DNA of 63,713 nucleotides, filler included, from Octopus bimaculoides (Eukaryota), in NCBI RefSeq assembly GCF_001194135.2. It is 5 parts of 5 records of this genome, joined end to end, with 100 filler letters (N's around TTAATTAATTAA, not from the genome) between each part and the next. Parts side by side here need not be neighbours in the genome. Positions count along the whole stretch, not along the records: positions 43,984 to 60,549 come from NC_068988.1; positions 60,650 to 63,713 come from NC_068992.1; 3 more parts are not named here. One strand, given 5' to 3'. This document shows, piece after piece, positions 54,086 through 63,713 of the stretch. The position numbers were made by a program, and so were the translations under genes. The notes under the pieces were generated by a model. That model ran no database searches. It saw nothing but the letters and a program-made list of their open reading frames with translations, and was not told where the DNA came from. The stretch's first letter is position 1. Each line of letters starts with the position of its first letter.

Positions 54086-54639
54086 CGACGACGACGACGA
54101 CGATGACAACGACGATGACAACAACGACAACGATAACGGTGGGGGTGGTGAGGGTGGTAGTGGTGGTAGGGGGCAGGGATTGTGGTTTAAGGATAAACCT
54201 AACTAGTTATGTAATTTTAGAAATCATTTAAACTGCCCCTTTTTTTAAATAACCAATGCTTAAGAAAAAGCATACTTTACAAGCGCTCAGTAGCAACAAG
54301 GGAAAATACTTACTGTTATATTGGTGATAGCACAACCAGATTTAATCAAGGCTATAGACTCACATATCTTTGTTTAAATATGGAAAAAAAAGAAATCTTC
54401 ACTCCTTGAAGTAAATTTATGTAGAATCATAAAGCGAAGAATGTTATATGATATTAGATGATCTATAATAGGTAGCACCCTACCTCATAAGGGAGGGAAA
54501 CTAAAATGCAGTTTGTACCTTGAGGAAACACTGCATATCCTTACTTCCAAAACTAATATATTTAATGAAAATCATGTTTTGTTATGCTGTCCACATTTAT
54601 TTAGAACTTTCAAAACCTTCCTTATAAATATAATCATTA

Positions 54640-55130
54640 ATGTAACATAATGATATAATTAGGGGGATCTGTTTTCCCTTCATTCAAAATATTTAGTATT
54701 GCTAGTATAATTTGGTATATATAAATATATGTTTTTTGATTTTTTTAACTATTTTCCTTTTTAATTATTAATTATTTTTGATTATTTTAAAAATTATTTA
54801 AATCTTTTAATTTTAATTTCTTAAAATATTTTAAGTACTTTAATTATCTAATTATTTCAATTATTTTTTAAAATTATTTTCTTAATTATCTTTCAATTTT
54901 TAACTATATTGTGTAAATAAAATTTTTAATTTTTAATCTTTAATCTTTAATTTCTTAATTTTTTTAAATGTTTTAAATTTTTATAATGGAGTATAGACTT
55001 CTTAGGGTTAACTTACAAATGGATTAAATGACACATAGCAGTTAGAGAAAGTAGCCTCTGATTTAATTTAGTCTATTTTATTTAGAATTTTATTTTATAT
55101 TTTTAAAATTGCTATATCTGATCTATCTTG
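54640..55130. repeat. Near-pure A/T low-complexity tract
   Basis: Direct reading; ttaatt/attatt-like units. Confidence 0.8.
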
Positions 55131-56214
55131 TCTTAACATAATTATCCTTTAGGATACATAATATTTTAAAATGAAATGAAATATTCCTTAATGAATATCA
55201 TCTTTCCTAATATTTTACCTTTAGAATTCTCATTAATTCGGCCTGTCTTCCTCTGTTCATTGTATATATATTGAGAGGTATTACTGATAACATTAACATT
55301 TTCATGACCTGCTTAATTCTTCTACTAAAATAGGCTTATTTCAACATACACCACCACATCTTTGTAAAGAACTGGTCAGTAAAAGTATAAGTGAGGCAAG
55401 CACTAAGTATTGTTGTTAGTATTCATTTAGCTTTCTGGTTTGCTGGGATACATTACATATTAAATTCCAATTCTATCATGATCTGATAAGTAGGAATATG
55501 AAGTAGATCTATAAAGAAATATAAATATAAATATAAATGGAGCAATAAGCCAACCTAAATTTGCTTCTTATTCCCTAGAATGTTCAATTATATAAGCAGT
55601 AGGGATATAGCTTTGATAAGTATAGAATAATGTTGAATTCTTCTTTCTCTCTAACATTTTAATCAATCAAATATAGGATCAATTAAGTTGTGCATAACAA
55701 TGTTAACATTGCAGTATTTTGAGGTATGCTATTCTATTTGAAACATATGTAGCTGATAAATCATGAACCTCCATTTTTTTTTTTTTTATTGTACTCTGTG
55801 ACTATATACTGAATTTATACAGAATTCAAAGTGTGTTTGAACTTCAGATTTCCCAATTGGACAGGTAATAAAAAGAGAATTTACAACCTATGCTGATTAC
55901 CATGGCATTCATGGGACAATTTAGTTGCTTATAAAGTATTATATCAGTGTGCTTATAAAGTATTTGCCTTGATTCTTTAATCCTTTTTTCCTTCATATAT
56001 ATCTACTGAATGCTTTGGTCAGCCTTGGGCTATAGTAGAAGACATTTGCTCAAAGTTTTGTGCAGTAGGACTAAGGCTAGAACTAAGAAGTTGAGAAACA
56101 ACCTTCTTAACCCTACAACCACACTATAAAATATTGGATTCTTAGCAAATAGTTGTGTCTTGTAAATTAACATTAATAACAAATTATTTATACAGTATGT
56201 GTGTATGTGTGCAT

Positions 56215-56620
56215 AACAACCATGCTACACGGCAGTGAAACATTGGCTGTGACTGTTGAGGACATGCGTAAGCTTGAAAGAAATGAAGCTAGTATGCTTC
56301 ACTGGATGTGCAATGTTAGTGTACATGCATGACTGAGTGTAAACGTCTTGTGAGAAAGGTTAGGCATAAGAGACATCAGATGTGGTGTGCAAGAGAGACA
56401 ACTGCGTTGATATGGTCATGTGATGCAATTGGATGTGGACAGCTGTATGAAGAAGTGCTGATCTCTAACTATGGAAGGAGACTGTGGAAGAGGGAGACCC
56501 AGAAAGACATGGGATGAGGTGGTGAAGCATGATCTTCAAACATTGGGCCTCAATGAGGCAATGACTAGTGACTGAGACTTTTGGCGATATGCTGTGCTTG
56601 AGAAGACCCATTAAGCCAAG
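56215..56620 (+). mobile_element. RTE-clade LINE 3' remnant, same family as 51480-52100
   Basis: MLHGSETLAVTVEDMRKLERNEASMLHWMCNVSVH..RPRKTWDEVVKHDLQTLGL. Confidence 0.85.
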
Positions 56621-57450
56621 TGAAATCATAATTGTGGCCATTGTTGGTGTCATGTAACTGGCACCCATGCCCTAATGCTGGAGACATTATCTAGTCCTTG
56701 GCAAGACTATAAAGACTTCTTTACTCTGTGTTGTTTCCATTCATATGTTCACCAGCACCAGAAATGTTGTCTCATTTTAGCATATCTAAGATATATATAT
56801 AAACAAACTTTAGATCAGTTCACATATGTGTGGGATTTATTTCAACTTGCAAAAGCTACTTCATTGCAATTTAACTGAGGAGAAAAAAATCTCGCTTTAG
56901 GTTAGTATCTAGGAATTTGGAATGAACAATTTACATCAGACTCAAGATGATATATGTGATGTGAGATGTTAATATCAGTTATTGCCTTGAAAAGTGATAG
57001 TAACAATCTTATTGTGCCTGCAAATCAACACTAACTCTGGCTTTCTGTGCATTATTGGTGTCAAGTGGTTTAGATGAAATTTCACAGTCAAATTTAAATT
57101 GCACTATTTTAAAATGTTATTTTGTGGTGTGGCAATGTACAAAATAAGCAATGCAATGCCAACACAATAACCTTCTTTTTCCTTCTTTTGCCAGATATGC
57201 TTACAATAAAGATGTAGGGATTTCTCTTGTGACACTGTTTGAAATAGTTCTTACGATGGCATAGTTGGCTCTTAAATGATTTATCTGTTAAGCAGATGAA
57301 AAAGGAAGTACTGCTATCTTATTGCTCATTGTGGTGGTATGATACACAATTTAGTTACACACACACTGTTTATCCAAAGGATCCAACTCAGGGTTGCAAC
57401 AATTACAGTTATTTCTTTTTTTGGTTTGAATAGTGTACTTTATATTTGCA

Positions 57451-57498
<48 letters not shown>

Positions 57499-57611
57499 TA
57501 TATACATGCATACATACATGTGTGTGTGTATGTGTGTATTTGTGTGAGTGTGTGTTTGTGAGTGTGTGTTTGTGGGTATGTGTTTGTATGTATATATACA
57601 TACATATATAA

Positions 57612-57678
<67 letters not shown>

Positions 57679-58531
57679 CCCATCATGACCACAGCTTTAA
57701 AGTTACAGAGTTATATATATATACACATACATTTATATGTGTGTGTGTGTGTGTGTATGTGTGTTTGTATGCATGTATGTATCTATTTATACACACACAC
57801 ACACACACATATATATACATACATATACACACAACAAATGTTTAAACATTCTTACAACATATATTGAGTAGTCTTTTCCTCTTTCCTTTAAAACGCACCA
57901 ACATATATACACATATACACATACACAGTCACACACATAAATCTGTACATGCGCATACACACATACACACATACATACAAGCACATGCTCAAACGCATAC
58001 TCACATTCACACTTCCAAACTCACACACACACCCACATGATCGTGGGCAACACACACATACACAGAGAAAAAGTACATAAATATTTAAGAATCAGTTATG
58101 CACTAATAATGCAAAGTTTAAAAGAAACAATATCAGTCCCACACTACCATCTTCTCCATAGGAATTTACAACAATCACCCACTCTGTATTTCTTTCTCTC
58201 TCACTCTCTCACCCCCCCACCCCCATACACATGCACACACACACACACTAATACATATATACATGCTACAATATATATATATATAAACATGCATGTATGC
58301 ACACATGTACATACATGTATGCAAGCAAACACTTGCACTTATACAAGCTGACACAAAAACACAGTATCACTTGTGCATGCACTAACACAAAATCAAGCAT
58401 ATGCACGTACATATGCACATACACATGCAAGTAAGTTTTGCATGTAAATGTGCATGCATACATATATCTATGTGCGCATATATATATACATATATGTGTG
58501 TGTATGTGTACATCTATATATGTATGTATCC

Positions 58532-58573
<42 letters not shown>

Positions 58574-58799
58574 ATGTATATATATATACATACATATATA
58601 TATAATATATATAAGCTCATTATTATTATTTTATAGCTTTATAATTTTATGTAATACATATGTGTATGGATGTGTGCATGTATGTATGCATGTATCTACA
58701 TATATATATACCATCATCATCATCATCATTTAATGTCTGATGATGATGATGATAATGATATACATAGATATGTGCATACATACATGCACACATCCATAC

Positions 58800-58849
<50 letters not shown>

Positions 58850-59600
58850 TTATAGATATACTTTTACATAATATACATACATGATATTCTACACCACAGG
58901 AATATAATTATATACAAGCACACATAGTGTGTGTGTGTGTGTGTGTGTGCATGTGTGTGTGTTTNNNNNNNNNNNNNNNNNNNNNNNNNNNNNNNNNNNN
59001 NNNNNNNNNNNNNNNNNNNNNNNNNNNNNNNNNNNNNNNNNNNNNNNNNNNNNNNNNNNNNNNNNNNNNNNNNNNNNNNNNNNNNNNNNNNNNNNNNNNN
59101 NNNNNNNNNNNNNNNNNNNNNNNNNNNNNNNNNNNNNNNNNNNNNNNNNNNNNNNNNNNNNNNNNNNNNNNNNNNNNNNNNNNNNNNNNNNNNNNNNNNN
59201 NNNNNNNNNNNNNNNNNNNNNNNNNNNNNNNNNNNNNNNNNNNNNNNNNNNNNNNNNNNNNNNNNNNNNNNNNNNNNNNNNNNNNNNNNNNNNNNNNNNN
59301 NNNNNNNNNNNNNNNNNNNNNNNNNNNNNNNNNNNNNNNNNNNNNNNNNNNNNNNNNNNNNNNNNNNNNNNNNNNNNNNNNNNNNNNNNNNNNNNNNNNN
59401 NNNNNNNNNNNNNNNNNNNNNNNNNNNNNNNNNNNNNNNNNNNNNNNNNNNNNNNNGAGAATAGGCTTGAACTGTTAAAAATGTTTTCATTCTTCCCAAG
59501 TGTCAAACTAATACACCTACTTTTTGTTCTTTAACCTGTCTTCATCTTTTGTCCTCTGTAAATTTGAACTATATATACAATCATACATACATATATACGT

Positions 59601-59652
<52 letters not shown>

Positions 59653-59655
<3 letters not shown>

Positions 59656-59940
59656 ATGCATGGCTTAGTGGTTAGAGCGTTGCACTCATGGTTGCAAGAT
59701 TATGGGTTCGATTCCCAGACTGGGCATTGTGTTGTGTTCTTGAGCAAAACACTTCATTTTATGTTGCTCTGCAACCATCTCATCATCTGACATGTGGCAC
59801 ACGGTGCCGCTCTACAGGTAATGTCGATTTGATTTAGGGAGTGGACTTATGTATACACAAACATTTGATCACTATAAAGAAATCATCTGTGTAGCTGTTC
59901 AGCAAGAAATGGCCAAACCCTCATACATTGTCTAACGACA
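59653..59940 (+). repeat. tRNA-headed SINE
   Basis: A-box tggcttagtgg and B-box ggttcgattcc followed by a SINE body (gtgttcttgagcaaaacacttcatttt). Confidence 0.75.
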
Positions 59941-60649
59941 GGAGAGTCCATGATATATATGTATGTGCATTTGTGTGTGGGTGTGTGTACGTATGTATAT
60001 ATAGACACAAACAGACCATTTGAAAGCCTTGTCCTTACAACACACATGCACTATGTATCATATCCTGATGGTACATAAACACACATATGCACATGTGTGT
60101 AATGTGTGAGTGTGTGTGCATGTGTGTGTGTGTGTGTGTGCATGTGTGTGTGTGTGTGTGTGCGTGCGTGCGTGTGTGCGTGTGTGCGTGCATGCGTGTG
60201 TGTGTGTGATGAGGTGACAGAATTGTTAGAGTGTTAGACTTGTGATATTCTTTCCTGTATCAGAGTTTAAATCCCTCCAAAGTTGACTTTTACTTAGCCA
60301 TAGCAATGCTAATAACAAGTTGTTAGATCTCAGTAAACTTTTGCTTTAGAGTAAAGCATCAGTTGAGTACATAATATAATATGACTTAATGAATGACAAA
60401 CGAACTGAAGTGACTTAATCACTTTCATTAGCTTACAGCTGTTTCTGTTATAAGAAACGTGACATTTTATACTTTCATTTAAATGAAGTGTATGTTTATT
60501 GTGCAAAGCATTTAAATATACAGAATTGGTTATATATATATATATATATNNNNNNNNNNNNNNNNNNNNNNNNNNNNNNNNNNNNNNNNNNNNTTAATTA
60601 ATTAANNNNNNNNNNNNNNNNNNNNNNNNNNNNNNNNNNNNNNNNNNNN

Positions 60650-60930
60650 CTAAAGCTCCACGAGACTCCGGCAGGGGGTGGTGGCGAACCCTGCTGTACT
60701 CTTTCACCACAACTTTCTCTCACTCTTACTTCCTGCTTCTGTTGTGCCTTTAATTCAAAGGGTCAGCCTTGTCACACTGTGTCACGCTGAATATCCCCGA
60801 GAACTACGTTAAGGGTAAACGTGTCTGTGGAGTGCTCAGCCACTTGCACGTTAATTTCACGTGCAGGCTGTTCCGTTGATCGGATCAACTGGAACCATCG
60901 ACGTCGTAAGCGACGGAGTGCCAACAACAA
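60650..60930 (+). repeat. SINE copy (family of 47890-48240) with CpGs intact
   Basis: Direct alignment by eye. Confidence 0.8.
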
Positions 60931-61269
60931 CATGCATGTAAGTAGGTAAGTGTGTGTGTGTGTGTAATTCATATATAGGTATGTTTACGAATAAACCACC
61001 CAGGTAGGTATAACATGATTAGTACACCTTAATGCGGTAGTATTTGAAGAATATAGTAGTAGAGGGATTAGTCGAGGGATTAAATATAGTACTACTTAAC
61101 TGGTTCTCTTTTATATCGATCCCGGAACCACAAAGGAAATTTTCATTTCGGCGGGATTCGAATAGCAACAAAATATATGTTATTCCTGGGAATGATATAG
61201 AGAATATAATCAATGACCGCCGGGATAGTTATAGAGACATTGGCATATGTGCGGGCTTGTGCGTGTAAT

Positions 61270-61512
61270 GAGACCGCGTGTGTATATATGAGTATGTGTG
61301 TGTGTATATGAACATGTGTGTGCGTGTTATGAGTCTATGTATGTGTCTGTGAATGTGTGCGTACAAGTGTGTGTGAGTGTGTGTATATGTGCATGTTGTT
61401 AGTCCATATATGTGCGCGCACGTGTGTGTGTGAGTGTAAGAGTGAGTCAGTACGTTTCTATGAGTCTATGTGTGTGTGTACGTGTTACGAGTCTATTCTT
61501 GTGTGTGTCTGT

Positions 61513-61547
<35 letters not shown>

Positions 61548-62420
61548 TGTGTGTGCATGTTATGAGTCTATGTGTTTGTGTGTACGTTCTATGAGTCTAT
61601 GTATGTGTGTGTGTGTATGTGTGAGTAAGTGTGTGCATGTTAGAAGTCTAGATGTGTGTGTGTGTGAGTGTGAGAGTGAGTCTGTGTGTGTTATGAATCT
61701 ATGTAGGTGTTTGTATGTGTGTGAGTGTTATGAGTTTATGTGTGTGTTTGTATAGTCTTACGAGTCTATGTATGCGTGTGTGTACGTATTACGAGTCTAT
61801 TCGTGTGTGTGTGTGAGACAGAGAGAGTGGGTGTGTGCGTATTATGAATCTATGTGTTTGTGTGCGCATTATGTGTCTATACATGTGTGTGTGAGCGTGT
61901 GCATGTTATGAGATTATGTATGTGTGTGCGCGTGTTATGAGTCCATGTAAGTGCGTGTGTGCGTGAATGTGTGTTTGTGAGTGTGTGTGTGTGTGTGTGT
62001 GTCAGTTAGTGTGTATGTGTTATTACTCTGTGTGCGTACGTGTTATGAATCTATGGATGCGTGTGTGTGTGTGAGTGTGACTGTATGTATGTCATGAGTC
62101 TCTGTGTGTAGGTGTTTTGAGTCGATGCATGTGTGGTGCGTCTTATGAGTCGATGCATGTGTGTGTGCGTGTTATGAGTCTATGAATGGGTGAGTGTCTT
62201 CGTATTATATGCTTATGAATGTGTATGCGTGTTATGTGTGTGTGTGTGAATATGCATGTTAGGAATCTATGCATGTGTGTGTGTTATGAGTCTATGTATG
62301 TGTGTCTGAGTGTGTGCGTGTTATGAGTCTGTCTGTGCGTGTGCGCGTGAGTGTATGCGTGCGTTTGTGTGCGTATGATGAGTCTATGTATGTGCGCTAG
62401 CGCGTGTGTTATGAGTCTGT
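61270..62420. repeat. Degenerate minisatellite: core TTATGAGTCTATG embedded in (GT)n
   Basis: Core and variants recur roughly every 30-50 bp. Confidence 0.85.
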
Positions 62421-62689
62421 AGAAAGTGACAAGGCTACTCCCTTCAGAATTAAAGGTACATTTATTTCATTTTTGCTAAATGAAAGGAACAACGTGAAAT
62501 AAAGTGTCTTGCTGAAGGTCACAACGCACTGCCGGGGTTCAAACTCATAATCTTATGATCGTAACCGCTAAGCCACGCCTCTTTACAATATACATACATA
62601 CATGCATACATACATACATACATACAAACATACATACATACAAACATAAATACATTCATAGAAGTTATCCCACATGTGATTAGCTGCTG

Positions 62690-63300
62690 TCTTAAAATGT
62701 TGTCATGGTACTAACTCCCAATGCAGCACAATGTTATCGCTAAAACAGTTTACAATGCCATCCGCAAAAAAAGACTGTCCTGAAATAAACTTAGAAAATC
62801 CCTCTGTTATGAACTACATTCATAAACACCAAGTCAAAGGATACTAGCGGAATATTCCCACCAAAGCTTCTGTCAAATCTAAGCTTAATAGGCTGGATAT
62901 TGTTGTTTGGGACAGATGGGCAAAGGTATGTACCAACATAGAGGTTAGCTGCCCTCTAGATATAAATAACTCATTGAAAATCAAAGAAAAAGAGGATAAC
63001 TATGGACAACTCCTTCGAAACCTGCGGCTTCTATGTCCAGACAATGAATTCATATTAATACCAATAATAATTGGAGTACTAGGTTTTGTTAGTAAATGCT
63101 TAAAGGAGAATCTGGATAAACTGGGATTTTCAGAAAGAGAAATCGGCTGGCTAATTCGTAGATTACAAGTGCAATCTGTGGGTGGAACAGTAAATATATG
63201 CAAGACGTTTCTCAAGTTCAAAATGTGAATTTGTCTGTGTTAAATACATCCCTAAAATGGAGACTTGTATATTTGTTGGAAACTGGCTCCCCCCACAATG
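62690..63300 (+). mobile_element. 5'-truncated RLE-type (R4/NeSL-like) LINE 3' end
   Basis: ..HVISCC..HNVIAK..NRLDIVVWDR..IEVSCPLD..KEKEDNYGQLLRNL..IPIIIGVLG..ICKTFLKF*; flanked by (CATA)n. Confidence 0.85.
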
Positions 63301-63403
63301 GAAGATTTCTAATAATTAAAAAATAGAAGAGACATACATACATACGTAAACACATACTACAATATGTATGGTGTTTTGTAGATAAATTTATGCTCCGGAT
63401 GCT

Positions 63404-63713
63404 TTATTTGAATTTGTGTTCTGAGAGAGGGACTGCCAGGGATATATCAGGTAGTTCTTTCATAAATGAGTCCTTACCCCACAGCCAGTACGTTGTCATT
63501 ACTCCACGACCTCTTACTTCTCTTTTTCCTCTACATTCTAATTTATAACCGCCTAAAGAATCAAGAATTGCTGCAGTACTCTCGCTCACTTGAATGTGTA
63601 ATGCATAAGAACTAGACTGCATTCTGGAAGCTGTGTTGACTGTGTCTCCGAATAGACAAAATCTAGGCATCAGTTTCCCCACTACGCCACTTACTACCGG
63701 ACCAGAATGCATT
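63404..63713 (-). CDS. Guanylyl cyclase (class III cyclase) catalytic-domain C-terminal half and stop; gene continues beyond the window
   Basis: [52 protein letters not shown] matches the GC consensus G(L/I)[29 protein letters not shown]. The guanine-specifying Cys and catalytic NxxxR are present. Confidence 0.95.
   Translation of the reverse strand, partial: MHSGPVVSGVVGKLMPRFCLFGDTVNTASRMQSSSYALHIQVSESTAAILDSLGGYKLECRGKREVRGRGVMTTYWLWGKDSFMKELPDISLAVPLSEHKFK

Noticed and set aside
54006-54231. Poly-Asp and poly-Met ORFs
   Set aside because: (GAT)n/(GAC)n microsatellite.
59653-59725. tRNA-like A-box/B-box segment
   Set aside because: Continues into a SINE body and lacks a convincing cloverleaf; it is a SINE head, not a tRNA gene.

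Overview
Repeat-rich eukaryotic genomic DNA with many microsatellites, tRNA-headed SINEs and N-gaps. The style suggests an octopus-like cephalopod, but this is inference only. Three protein-coding loci are supported. (1) A minus-strand gene that the ORF track misses, reassembled here from six GT-AG exons with matching phases (21454-21388, 17890-17799, 14927-14741, 12474-12356, 6944-6892, 5962-5805). It gives 225 open codons: signal peptide, a 12-Cys Ly6/uPAR (three-finger) domain and a SEA-like module; the last exon is unresolved. (2) A plus-strand terminal coding exon (33688-34612) encoding a long low-complexity C-terminal tail of an unidentified protein. (3) The 3' end of a minus-strand guanylyl cyclase (63404 to beyond the window end), with no introns across the visible catalytic half. 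The rest is decayed mobile DNA: R4/Dong-like RLE LINEs, Gypsy, Penelope, Tx1/L1, CR1/L2-like, RTE, Helitron, mariner/Tc1, a long-TIR element with an 8-bp TSD, and SINE clusters. Copies of the same SINE keep their CpGs in about 5-33 kb but have lost them in about 36-60 kb, which points to a methylated domain with no obvious gene. Repeat boundaries are approximate; exon boundaries were counted base by base.
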